From Acidobacteriota bacterium (GTDB lineage: Bacteria > Acidobacteriota > UBA6911): 64,000 bases of DNA. The stretch is from assembly GCA_963664705.1 (NCBI GenBank), contig OY761556.1, positions 3,936,001-4,000,000 on the forward strand, given 5' to 3'. Below, in pieces: positions 18,892 to 28,424 of the stretch (position 1 is its first letter; each line of letters starts with the position of its first letter). Made by a program: the position numbers and the translations under genes. The notes under the pieces are model-generated. The model saw only the letters and a list, made by a program, of their open reading frames with translations, ran no database searches and was not told where the DNA came from.

Positions 18892-19779
18892 ATGAATAAG
18901 AAGACGGTTTCGACAGTTTGGATCCTCCTTTGGATACTCTCCGGCATGTGCGCGTTGGGCAAGGAAAAGGACAAGCCACTATGGAAAGATGCCTCGGTCG
19001 AGGTCGGCGATATAAAAATGCATTACCTGGACACGGGAACTGGAGACCGGGTGTTGGTATTGATTCCAGGCTGGACAATGACAACCGATATATGGAAGGA
19101 ACAGATCCCCTATTTTTCGACCAGAGGCTTCCGTGTCATCGCTTTGGATCCGCGCAGCCAGGGACTGACCACCAAGACAGAATCGGGAAACACCTATCAG
19201 CAGCACGCGGCCGATCTGCATGCGTTTCTTCAAGCGCTAAAGATTGAGCACTCCTACCTTGTCGCCGCAGGCTCTGGAGTCCTGACGCTCCTCGATTACA
19301 TATCCAGCCCGGAATCGCTGAAGCCAGAAAAAATGGTTTTTGTTGAAGGCAGCCCGGCCCTATTAAAAATGGACGATTTCCCCGGCACCATGACCTTGCA
19401 GCAGGCCCGGCGGCTTGTGCTGGGCCTGGAGGATGACCGAGCCAAGGGAACCGAACAATACGTTCGATCCATGTTCAAACAACGCCCGCCGGAAATCCTG
19501 GTGAGCGAAACCATCAAGTCGAGCATGAAAACGCCTCTGTCCGCGGCGCTGTCTCTCTTTTTTGATTATGTAACCGGAGACCGGAGACCCGCGCTCCTGC
19601 ATGTTCCCGTTCCAAGCCTGATTATCACTTCGCCGGAGAATCGCGCGGTTGGGGAATATATGAAGGGGAAAATACCGAAATCCAGTCTTGAAGTAGTCGA
19701 GGGAACGGGGTCAGCCATTTATCTTGATAAGTCTCAGGCTTTCAACCAGATCCTGGAAGATTTCCTCGGAGAACACTAA
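18892..19779 (+). CDS. Secreted alpha/beta hydrolase-fold protein, catalytic residues apparently lost
   Basis: VLIPGW and RVIALDPRSQG indicate the fold; elbow reads AAGSG and His site reads GTGSA. Confidence 0.8.
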   Translation: MNKKTVSTVWILLWILSGMCALGKEKDKPLWKDASVEVGDIKMHYLDTGTGDRVLVLIPGWTMTTDIWKEQIPYFSTRGFRVIALDPRSQGLTTKTESGNTYQQHAADLHAFLQALKIEHSYLVAAGSGVLTLLDYISSPESLKPEKMVFVEGSPALLKMDDFPGTMTLQQARRLVLGLEDDRAKGTEQYVRSMFKQRPPEILVSETIKSSMKTPLSAALSLFFDYVTGDRRPALLHVPVPSLIITSPENRAVGEYMKGKIPKSSLEVVEGTGSAIYLDKSQAFNQILEDFLGEH

Positions 19780-19842
19780 TCCCTGCCGGAGGCGATGCGT
19801 CTTGGCGGCCGAAGCTTCAGCAAAAGCCGGCGTTCCCTGGAA

Positions 19843-20598
19843 TCAGAGCATTTCCGGAACGGCACTTGTCCTGCGCTTTACCGTCCCTTTTGCGGTCAGA
19901 TAGAAAGGCAATGCAATCGCCTCCTCTACCTTCTTCCGGTATCCCTTGACCGGCCATTCCCGTTCATAAAAATGATCCAGGATTCGTCCGCGCACCCTTG
20001 GCCTCGATTCGGCTTCAAGGAATGTCTGCAGGAGTTTCTCTCGGGCGGTTTCATCCCCGTTGCGGGCCAGATAATCAATGGCTGCAATGCAAACATCATC
20101 GTCATCGTCTTCTATGAAGCGGAAAACAGTGTCGACAATTGAAGGGAAGGCATCGTCGGGCAGGTTGGCAATCAGAACTGCCTTCGCCTCCGGCCATCGC
20201 GTATAGCCGGCTGATAGCTCGGTCAGCACATCCACAAGATTTTGGACAAATGCTTCTGAAGGCAGTATCTGCTTCAGGGCCTTCACAGGGAAGGTGACAT
20301 CCGGCTCCACCTTCAGAAACGTAAGAATCGGATCTACCGCGGTACTCCCCATTTCCGCCAGCAGCTTCACGGCATACTGCTTTTCGTCCAGATCCATGCT
20401 TGCCTGAGGAGTCTGAATCGTGAACCGACGAAGCAGTGCCGCTGCCGCTTCCGGAGTACGCCAGGAGGCCAGCCGTTCCATAGCCCCCACTCGTGTAGCC
20501 GCCTCTCCATGGGTCTGTATTACTTGTTTGAGAGCTCGCTGGATCTGCCTTTCGGAAGGTCCGGAATCTGATGAAAACAGTTTGTCAAATAAACCCAT
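19843..20598 (-). CDS. HEAT repeat protein
   Basis: Helical repeats such as DDDDDVCIAAIDYLA. Confidence 0.7.
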   Translation of the reverse strand: MGLFDKLFSSDSGPSERQIQRALKQVIQTHGEAATRVGAMERLASWRTPEAAAALLRRFTIQTPQASMDLDEKQYAVKLLAEMGSTAVDPILTFLKVEPDVTFPVKALKQILPSEAFVQNLVDVLTELSAGYTRWPEAKAVLIANLPDDAFPSIVDTVFRFIEDDDDDVCIAAIDYLARNGDETAREKLLQTFLEAESRPRVRGRILDHFYEREWPVKGYRKKVEEAIALPFYLTAKGTVKRRTSAVPEML

Positions 20599-20716
20599 AA
20601 CCCGCCTGTAGTCTCCCCGAATGGGATGGTCGCGCCCGCTGCAACATCAACCGTACAAAACATATTTTACATCAAGTTCCTGCTATAGGGACGCAAATGC
20701 CTTATAATATGTCGCT

Positions 20717-20989
20717 ATGGAAGAACGCGATCTATATAACGAAAAAGACGAAACGGTACCTGCCACAATCTATTGCCCGAAATGCCGGCAGTCGATGGAA
20801 TATCCCATTCGATGGCGTCGGAGAACAAAAAAGTCACATCTTCCTCCAGGAGCGGATGAACGGGACCGGGCGAAATTTGCCAAGGCTCGCGACTACAGAA
20901 TCCGCCTTGACGACAAGCTTCGCTGCAAAAACCCCCGGTGCGGCAAGACAATCGAGATTACGAGTCTTCAAACGGTTGTCTTCGACTAG
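20717..20989 (+). CDS. Small zinc-ribbon-like protein
   Basis: CPKC...CKNPRC; basic; fills the gap between the HEAT gene and hemE. Confidence 0.7.
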   Translation: MEERDLYNEKDETVPATIYCPKCRQSMEYPIRWRRRTKKSHLPPGADERDRAKFAKARDYRIRLDDKLRCKNPRCGKTIEITSLQTVVFD

Positions 20990-22026
20990 GTTCTTTTCGC
21001 AGCGGAACGCTCGTGCACAAAATCCGTCAGCGCCTTAACCGAGTCTTCGGGCGTTGACGGAAGAATTCCGTGTCCCAGGTTAAAGATATGCCCGGGTTTT
21101 CCGCCTGCCTCTTCCAGGATTTCGGCTGCTTTCCGAATAAGCACATCCTTGGGAGCCGAGAGAAGCAAAACCGGATCCAGGTTCCCCTGAATGCCACGAC
21201 CGGAACCAATGCTTTGCCATGCAGCCCCTAATCCAATGCGCCAATCGGCTCCTATGACATCACCACCGGCTTCAGCCATCAATGCCAGCAACCCTGCGGT
21301 TCCTGTGCCGAAATGAATGGACGGAATACGGGCCTGCTCTAGGGCCTGAAAAATCTTCCGCGTATACGGCAATACAAAAGCCCTGTAATCAGAAGGGCTC
21401 AGGCAACCCACCCACGAGTCAAAAAGTTGAACAACCTGCGCCCCGGCCGAAACCTGCGCTTTCAGAAAGGCGATGAGGCTCTCACAAAGCTTATCCATCA
21501 GGAGATCCCAGGATGGACGATCGTGATACATCATCCGTTTCGTTAGAAGGTAATTGGACGATGCGCCCCCCTCAATCGCATAGCTTGCAAGAGTAAACGG
21601 AGCTCCGGCAAATCCTATCAGCGGAACCCTGCCATTCAGTTCAGAAGAAACCATCTCAAGGCTCTTCAATACATAACCCAGGTCGCGCTGCGGATCGCAG
21701 ATCCTGAGGTTGCGCACATCCTCCGGACTCCGCAATGGATTCTCGAACACGGGGCCGGGAGCAAAGTCAAAACGTATCCCCATTCCTTCCAGCGGAAGCA
21801 GGATGTCTGCAAAAATGATGGCGGCATCCACCTCAAAAGCCTTCACCGGCTGCAGCGTAACCTCCGCCGCAATCTCCGGAGTCTTAAACATTTCAATAAG
21901 GCTATGCTTTTCACGAAGATCCCGATAAGACTTCATATATCTCCCAGCCTGGCGCATAAACCAGACCGGAGTGCAATCCGTGCTTTCGACACGACACGCT
22001 TTCAGAAATCTTTCATTTCGACTCAT
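20986..22026 (-). CDS. hemE: Uroporphyrinogen decarboxylase
   Basis: PVWFMRQAGRY, QLFDSW, QGNLDP, IFNLGHGI; start placed at MSRNERF. Confidence 0.96.
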   Translation of the reverse strand: MSRNERFLKACRVESTDCTPVWFMRQAGRYMKSYRDLREKHSLIEMFKTPEIAAEVTLQPVKAFEVDAAIIFADILLPLEGMGIRFDFAPGPVFENPLRSPEDVRNLRICDPQRDLGYVLKSLEMVSSELNGRVPLIGFAGAPFTLASYAIEGGASSNYLLTKRMMYHDRPSWDLLMDKLCESLIAFLKAQVSAGAQVVQLFDSWVGCLSPSDYRAFVLPYTRKIFQALEQARIPSIHFGTGTAGLLALMAEAGGDVIGADWRIGLGAAWQSIGSGRGIQGNLDPVLLLSAPKDVLIRKAAEILEEAGGKPGHIFNLGHGILPSTPEDSVKALTDFVHERSAAKRT

Positions 22027-22115
22027 AAGATTCTCTCGCTGGGCCCATGAATCCGATTCATTGCGAGATTCGCGGCAAAAGCCGGCACGAATTTCGCCCT
22101 CTACGTGCATGTAAA

Positions 22116-23282
22116 TTACGACAGATCGATATCCGCGTAAATGGGCAGATGATCGGATATTCGGTCTGGGCCATAATTTACCCCATTTACCACTCCAGGA
22201 TTTGTCGAAAGCTCGCCAGCCTGCCGATCGCGAATCTCTCCGCCGCGCAATGCCTGGACGTTCTTTCCGAACATCCAATCCAGCTTAAAACACAAATAGC
22301 CCCGATAGGCTTCCAGTCTTCTCCTGATAAATCGTAGCAGAGAATCAGGAAGATGGGCCGACTCTTCCAGGGAATCCATCATGGAGCGCGCTGTCTCGTC
22401 ATTGGAGTTCAGCCCGGCCCAGCAGAACCCATCCTGTTGCACGGCCGTGAACAGCGGTTCGCATCCGGCTTCGGGATGGAGCAACTCAGTTTTTACTTTC
22501 TCGGGCGAACTGCAAAGCAACCGCAGGACCGATTTCGCAGTTCTCCATTTTGTGCCCCGCCCGAAGGTGTTCCCATTAAGATCGCCCGCCAAAATGGCAG
22601 CCGCTTTTCCTGAAAATGGAAGTCTCCGCAGGATATGTTGCATCTGGCGGCAACGACATTGCGGTGTATTGCGCAGCTCAAGATGCACCGCCCCCACCCA
22701 GAGATCTGAAGTACCAAGCTGCAGCCGAACCCAAAGACAGTTGCGCCAACCAAACCGTTTTTCCTTGAACTCATAGGGCTCAAAAGTAACCGGCAGCGGA
22801 ACAACGCATTTATCAATGATAGGATAGCGGCTCAGAATCGCGTTCCCCTGAAGGCCCTCGCGATTCTCTCCCTGCGCGGTCAAATCATCGTCGACACCCT
22901 TGGTAAGCTCATAGTATGCAGGACCAAAGACCGCGTGCATCCCCAGTCCTTCCGCCAGATCCCGCGCCACATTTCGATTCCCGGACCGAGCCATTCCCAG
23001 ATCCGCTTCATTCAGGACGATCACATCCGCCCATTTCAGAATTTCGTGGTTTTGGAATTTCTCGAGAATCCGCGTGAAGTTTTTCCCCTTTTCAATATTC
23101 CATTGGGCAATTCGAAGGAATGACCGCAGCCGCGGCTGTATATTCTCGTGGAAAAAAACCTGCGGAGTCTCCAGATAGGATTCAAGCGCCTCGCCATGTT
23201 CAGCGAAAAAACTCGAATTCCTGAGTTCATCCAGGGTCGCGAATTTTTGCAGATTCCCGATCCAGGATGCTTGCCAGCCCAT
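22116..23282 (-). CDS. Endonuclease/exonuclease/phosphatase family protein
   Basis: QWNIEKG, LNEAD, GNAILSRYP, AGDLN, KLDW and SDHLP motifs. Confidence 0.9.
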   Translation of the reverse strand: MGWQASWIGNLQKFATLDELRNSSFFAEHGEALESYLETPQVFFHENIQPRLRSFLRIAQWNIEKGKNFTRILEKFQNHEILKWADVIVLNEADLGMARSGNRNVARDLAEGLGMHAVFGPAYYELTKGVDDDLTAQGENREGLQGNAILSRYPIIDKCVVPLPVTFEPYEFKEKRFGWRNCLWVRLQLGTSDLWVGAVHLELRNTPQCRCRQMQHILRRLPFSGKAAAILAGDLNGNTFGRGTKWRTAKSVLRLLCSSPEKVKTELLHPEAGCEPLFTAVQQDGFCWAGLNSNDETARSMMDSLEESAHLPDSLLRFIRRRLEAYRGYLCFKLDWMFGKNVQALRGGEIRDRQAGELSTNPGVVNGVNYGPDRISDHLPIYADIDLS

Positions 23283-23324
23283 ATTCAGTTATCCGTTCCT
23301 CGAATCCTCACCCACCGAACTCTG

Positions 23325-24290
23325 TCATTTTGCCTTTGCCAGCGCCTTCATAAAGTCTGCATTCATAGCCTGAAAATCCTTCAGCGAAACAAGAAGACCT
23401 GGCCGGCGCAGCTCATCAAGTCCAACGGTATATTGTTCCGGATGAATAAAGTGATACACACGCAAGGATATCGATTCCCCAAACTCTGAAATTCCGACGG
23501 CACGATCGGTGATCGTCCTTCCAGCCACACTCCCTTTTTCGGGCGGCGGCGTTCGCTCCATCTTGTGGAAGCGAGGGAAGGCAGGCTCCAGATTTGCCCG
23601 AAGCTTCCCCACCAGCCTGTCCACTTCCTTTGCATGAGCCGCTGCGGCCGCATACGCCCGCAAACGCAGAGGCGGCTTCAAACCGGTATCGGTGGCCATC
23701 CGCACCAGATCAGGGATGTGTTTTGCATACCTTTCAAGCTCACTATTCCACGCCAGTATCTGTTCGGCATAGATACGAAGCCGCTGCTTCAACATCTCGT
23801 CCGGCGGAGGATATTTAAATGGGAAGTCCTCGTTGGTACTTGCACGATCGCGCGCGCGGGCGAAAGGGTCTCCAAGAAAAGACCGGAGTTCATAATTCTC
23901 CCACAGGCTTGCCGGCGGATCGTTATCCTTGTTTTTCTCTTTTTCCTCGTCCTTCCGGTCTACCCCTTTGCCCTCCTTTTGAGGATGATCCAGGTGCAGC
24001 TCAATCTCATAGGACGGACCCAGCGGTCGGAGCATATCCTGGAATCGCTCATAGCTTCTTTCATCCAGGATTGTCCCGTTTACGACCATTTGTTTTTCAT
24101 GGAAGACAAAAGCGGCCTCCAATCCCTGGCATAGATCGCTTTCATGGAAGCGCAGCCAGACATCCGCCAACTCACTTGCCGTGGTTCGATTGGGCACTCT
24201 ATCCAGGACATCGGAAGTACGGAACGCTGCGGATACAGCATCCGGGTATGCGGGGAGCGCTAGAAAAAACCAAAGAACCAAGCGATACAT
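23325..24290 (-). CDS. Hypothetical exported protein
   Basis: 321-aa ORF co-oriented with neighbours; hydrophobic N terminus; no family recognised. Confidence 0.6.
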   Translation of the reverse strand: MYRLVLWFFLALPAYPDAVSAAFRTSDVLDRVPNRTTASELADVWLRFHESDLCQGLEAAFVFHEKQMVVNGTILDERSYERFQDMLRPLGPSYEIELHLDHPQKEGKGVDRKDEEKEKNKDNDPPASLWENYELRSFLGDPFARARDRASTNEDFPFKYPPPDEMLKQRLRIYAEQILAWNSELERYAKHIPDLVRMATDTGLKPPLRLRAYAAAAAHAKEVDRLVGKLRANLEPAFPRFHKMERTPPPEKGSVAGRTITDRAVGISEFGESISLRVYHFIHPEQYTVGLDELRRPGLLVSLKDFQAMNADFMKALAKAK

Positions 24291-24414
24291 TTTGTTCCTG
24301 ACTCTCCATCTCCGCTTTCAGGGTACGCGCCAGCTTTGGCTTTGTACAGGCACAGGCGCCATTCACAATAACGCAGAGCGCCCCATCGCGCCTGCCGGAA
24401 CATGGAGGAGGTTA

Positions 24415-25788
24415 CTATGTACGACTTTCGATCTCATAGGCGGCTTTATTCCGTATCGCGGTCAATTCGATACTTTTGGGAGCGGGTCCCACAAGGCACA
24501 CCTGGGCCGGCAACCGGACCAACTGATCCAGCATCGGCCGCAAAATCCCAGCGCTCGATGAATTGAAAATACGGAGGAGACTGTCAGCCGCAGCACTAAC
24601 GGCATCAAATAGATCCGGATATTCGGCCGGCACGCTGGCGTTCTCCGAAATCAGTTGCGCCAGTGCCGGCACAGAATCCGCCGATCCGATTTCTCCGAGG
24701 GAAATCGCGGCAAGCTTCACGGTTGATGCGTCATAATGAGACAGCATTTCCTCCAGTCCCGACCGCGAGTTTTCGCCTATGCTGACCAGCGCCTGCGCGG
24801 CAGACACCTGGACCACCGCAGTATGATCTTTGAGCGCAGCAAGCAAGGAAGGCACAGCGGCTTCAGCCATGAGAGACCCGAGAGCCCTGGCTGCCTGTGC
24901 ACGCATCTGCGTATCTTTGAATCCCATCGCAACTATAAGCGCGGGAACCGCGACCTGCCCTTCACGCACGGCTGCATCGAAATCGCCACGCAAGACGGCC
25001 GCTTCCGCCCGCTGTTCCGCATTTTCAGGTGACAGGACTATCGAGTTCAACGCAGAGGCCGCGGCATCCGCAACAGCCTTTCGGGCCGAAGCCATCGCGG
25101 ATCGAAGGCATGAGGCAGCCTGCAACCCTCCTATTCTTCCAAGGCCTTTGATAGCGGCAACCTGCACAGCTTCATTGGAATCGGATGCAGCCTTAACCAA
25201 AGCCTCCACTCCCTGTTCGGACTGCAGCAGGCCAAGCGCTTCCGCAGCAGCAAGACGCGTTTCATAATCTCTATTCGCGGTAGCCTTTGCCAATGCGCCG
25301 ACGGCGCGCGCCTCTCCGATCTGACCAAGCGATATCGCGGCCGCCTTCCTCACCTCTGAACGGCTGTCTTCCAGCTTTCCCGCGAGAGATTCAATGGCCG
25401 CAGCATCCTTTATCACTCCCAGGGTGATGGCTGCCCTGCGCCGCGTTTCCTTTTCTCCGGACTCAAGAGCCTGGATGAGCGGCTGGACGGCTGCCGTTCC
25501 CACGGAGGCCAATGCTCGCCCGATCGCTTCATGTTCAGCCGCCAGTCCGGTATCGGTATTTTTGATGGATCGGCTGAGCGCACTCACGAGAGGGTCGGCG
25601 GAGGCAGGGTGACCGATGGTTTCCAGGGCGTTGATCGCCGCGAGACGCACATCGGCATTTTCATCCTGAAGGAGTTCCACAAGAGCCGGAACAGCCTTCC
25701 GGTTTTTGTCAGCACCCAGACTCCTGACCGTCTTTATCCGGATGTCGGGATCAGGGGATTTCAGCTGCCGCAATGTCCACCAGAGCAT
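24415..25788 (-). CDS. PBS-lyase HEAT repeat protein
   Basis: Repeated D..VR.AA..ALG.IG...AV..L units. Confidence 0.9.
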   Translation of the reverse strand: MLWWTLRQLKSPDPDIRIKTVRSLGADKNRKAVPALVELLQDENADVRLAAINALETIGHPASADPLVSALSRSIKNTDTGLAAEHEAIGRALASVGTAAVQPLIQALESGEKETRRRAAITLGVIKDAAAIESLAGKLEDSRSEVRKAAAISLGQIGEARAVGALAKATANRDYETRLAAAEALGLLQSEQGVEALVKAASDSNEAVQVAAIKGLGRIGGLQAASCLRSAMASARKAVADAAASALNSIVLSPENAEQRAEAAVLRGDFDAAVREGQVAVPALIVAMGFKDTQMRAQAARALGSLMAEAAVPSLLAALKDHTAVVQVSAAQALVSIGENSRSGLEEMLSHYDASTVKLAAISLGEIGSADSVPALAQLISENASVPAEYPDLFDAVSAAADSLLRIFNSSSAGILRPMLDQLVRLPAQVCLVGPAPKSIELTAIRNKAAYEIESRT

Positions 25789-25809
25789 TATTTCGTCCCC
25801 GGCTGAAAA

Positions 25810-25903
25810 AATTACGAATTACGAATTACGAATTACGAATTACGAATTGCGAATTACGAATTACGAATTGAAAGCGCATTGTGCAGTCATTCGTAATTCG
25901 TAA
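25810..25903. repeat. AATTACG heptamer tandem array (8 units) with an inverted copy
   Basis: 25810-25865 (AATTACG)8 with one AATTGCG variant; ATTCGTAATTCGTAA at 25889-25903. Confidence 0.95.
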
Positions 25904-25909
25904 CTATGG

Positions 25910-27349
25910 CTAATAGGCTTTTGCAAAGATCCCTTTTTCATTTGCAGGCTGTCCGCAAAAGATGCAGGTACCCTTTTCGTTTGGTTGCTCCAGAGGAATA
26001 CAGCGCAAGGTTGCTTTTGTGGCTTCCTTGATCGATTGTTCGCATTTTGCACTGCCGCACCAGTAAGAAGAGGCAAAGCCTTTTTCAACAACCGACTGGA
26101 ACTCCTCATAATTTTTGGGATCCGCTGTGTTTGCATTGCGGAAATTCAGGGCGCGCTCCAACAGGGCTTTCTGGATTATTTCCAGTGTCTGTTTCACAGC
26201 TTCGGTTAAACCCGCCTGGGCTACAAAGGATTTCCCTTCTTTGCCCGGCTTATCGCGCCGCGCCAGAACCACGGTCTCCTTCTGAACGTCCTTGGGCCCT
26301 ATCTCGATACGCAGGGGGACGCCGCGCATCTCCCAGTCATTGAACCTGAAGCCGGGAGTAAGCCCCTCGCGCTCGTCGAGCACAACTCGAATACCCGAAG
26401 CCACAAGCTCATTCCGAACAGCCCGGGCCGTTTCGGTAACCTTGCTTTTCTCTTCGTCTGTCTTGAAGATCGGAACAATCACAACCTGATGGGGTGCCAG
26501 GCGTGGCGGCAGAATCAAACCCTGATCATCGCCATGGACCATAATGATGGCGCCGATAAACCTGGTGGACAAGCCCCAGGAGGTAGTCCAGCAATGCTGC
26601 AGAACTCCGCTTTTGTCGAGGTATTGAATGTCGAAGGCTTTGGCAAAATTCTGCCCCAGGTTGTGCGATGTACCGGACTGCAGGGCTTTCCCATCCCCCA
26701 TCATCGCCTCAATCGAGTATGTCTCGTTGGCTCCGGCAAACCTCTCGGAAGCTGATTTCCGCCCGGGTATTACCGGGATGGCGGCTTCATTGAAGGCAAA
26801 ATCCTGGTAGACACCGAGCATCTGGCGGGTTTCCGCCTCAGCCTCTTCCGCCGTTGCATGCGCTGTATGCCCTTCCTGCCAGAAGAACTCCAGGGTGCGC
26901 AGGAAAAGCTTTGTTCTCAATTCCCACCGCACTACGCTGTTCCACTGATTGATCAGAAGCGGGAGATCTCTGTAGGACTGAATCCACTTGGAGAAGGAAT
27001 GTCCGATGATCGTCTCTGAAGTCGGACGCACAACAAGCGGCTCTTCCAATTCCTCTCCGCCGCCGTGCGTAACCACTGCCAGCTCCGGAGAGAAACCTTC
27101 GACATGCGATTTCTCCTTATCGATAAAGCTGCGCGGAATGAGAAGCGGGAATGCAGCGTTGACGTGACCCGTTGCTTTGAAGGCGCGATCCAGATACTGC
27201 TGAATATTTTCCCACAGGGCCCAGCCATACGGCCGGACAATCATGCAACCGCGCACTGGAGCATAATCAGCAAGCTTCGCCTGGATTACAAGCTGGTTGT
27301 ACCACTCCGAGAAATCTTCAGAACGGGACGGAAGTTTGAGTTCAGACAT
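25910..27349 (-). CDS. proS: Proline--tRNA ligase, archaeal/eukaryal type
   Basis: DFSEWY, RPTSET, WQEGHTAH, SWGLSTR; C-terminal Cys-containing domain ending FAKAY. Confidence 0.96.
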   Translation of the reverse strand: MSELKLPSRSEDFSEWYNQLVIQAKLADYAPVRGCMIVRPYGWALWENIQQYLDRAFKATGHVNAAFPLLIPRSFIDKEKSHVEGFSPELAVVTHGGGEELEEPLVVRPTSETIIGHSFSKWIQSYRDLPLLINQWNSVVRWELRTKLFLRTLEFFWQEGHTAHATAEEAEAETRQMLGVYQDFAFNEAAIPVIPGRKSASERFAGANETYSIEAMMGDGKALQSGTSHNLGQNFAKAFDIQYLDKSGVLQHCWTTSWGLSTRFIGAIIMVHGDDQGLILPPRLAPHQVVIVPIFKTDEEKSKVTETARAVRNELVASGIRVVLDEREGLTPGFRFNDWEMRGVPLRIEIGPKDVQKETVVLARRDKPGKEGKSFVAQAGLTEAVKQTLEIIQKALLERALNFRNANTADPKNYEEFQSVVEKGFASSYWCGSAKCEQSIKEATKATLRCIPLEQPNEKGTCIFCGQPANEKGIFAKAY

Positions 27350-27402
27350 GTCGGCATCACCCTCTTCTTTAATAGTATCCTGCAGTAAAATCGAAGGCTA
27401 GA

Positions 27403-27431
27403 AGCCTATAAGAGCAATCGGCCGGTGTCAA
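27403..27431 (-). promoter_or_regulatory. Sigma70-type promoter for proS
   Basis: TTGACA-N17-TAGGCT. Confidence 0.6.
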
Positions 27432-27617
27432 TGCTTAGTGGTTCCAGTCCTGCATCCGAATTCAGCAACCGGCGATCCTCGGTCTTTCTCTTTTGTAATC
27501 AACTACTCCAGCCGATAAGAAGCCAATCTGCCGATCGGGCCAAATTGCCGGAGCTGCATGGAACTGCTATAGTTTTTACCTGCCGCCAGTAATCAGCAGG
27601 GATGGAGGAATTGGGCA

Positions 27618-28424
27618 TTGAGTTTTGTGGAGAAATCGGGGAAACGCTGGCGGAAAGCAGAACTGCATGCGCACTGCAGCCTGGACCCGGCCGATTACCG
27701 TTTCTGCGGGCATACTCCACACCAACTCCTCTCCCACGCGGCCAGGCTGGGATACGAGATCCTATCGATTACCTGCCACAATAAAGACGTGTGGACCGAA
27801 GAACTCTCTGATTATGCCCAGGGCCTGGGCATTACGCTGATCCCTGGGATGGAGGTCACGGCAGAACGCACGCGGCATACACTCGTCTACAATTTTCATG
27901 CAAAGGCGGAAGAGCTCAATACGCTAGGGAAGATACGCGCACGATCCAGGGAGGATACGATGGTTATCGCGCCGCATCCGTTTTTCCCGGGAAGCATCTG
28001 CCTGCGAGGATTGCTGGAAAGAAACCTCGATCTTTTTGATGCCATTGAATGTTCCGGATTCCAGATCCGCGGCCTTGATTTCAACCGGCGCGCGGAGGCC
28101 CTTGCCGCCAGGACCGGCAAACCGCTGGTGGGCAACGGAGACGTCCATTATTTGTGGCAACTCGGACGCACCTTCACCTGGATTTATTCAGAACCCGGAG
28201 TGAGGTCTATTGCGCAGGCGGTCAAGCAAGGGCTTGTACGGATGGAAAAATCGCCGATAACGGTATATGAGGCGGCAAAGTGGTGGGCTGCTTCGCTCTG
28301 GAAATGTGCATTCCCGATCAACGCGGAAACAGGCAAATCCCCGGCCGGCAGCCGGAACCCCGTCTCAGATAAAATCGAAAACGGAAGATGCTTTGGATCC
28401 GCGCAGGAGGGCATGAAGCCTTAG
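27618..28424 (+). CDS. PHP domain protein
   Basis: KAELHAH, SITCHN, IPGMEV, APHPF and GNGDVH motifs. Confidence 0.85.
   Translation: MSFVEKSGKRWRKAELHAHCSLDPADYRFCGHTPHQLLSHAARLGYEILSITCHNKDVWTEELSDYAQGLGITLIPGMEVTAERTRHTLVYNFHAKAEELNTLGKIRARSREDTMVIAPHPFFPGSICLRGLLERNLDLFDAIECSGFQIRGLDFNRRAEALAARTGKPLVGNGDVHYLWQLGRTFTWIYSEPGVRSIAQAVKQGLVRMEKSPITVYEAAKWWAASLWKCAFPINAETGKSPAGSRNPVSDKIENGRCFGSAQEGMKP

Noticed and set aside
22027-22278. N-terminal extensions in the ORF track (hemE; also OPT, radical SAM, thiD, anti-sigma)
   Set aside because: They overlap upstream genes or precede the family N terminus; downstream starts fit better
25810-25870. Possible CRISPR array or small NYELRIT peptide
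   Set aside because: Contiguous 7-mers with no spacers and no cas genes; the peptide is only the translated repeat
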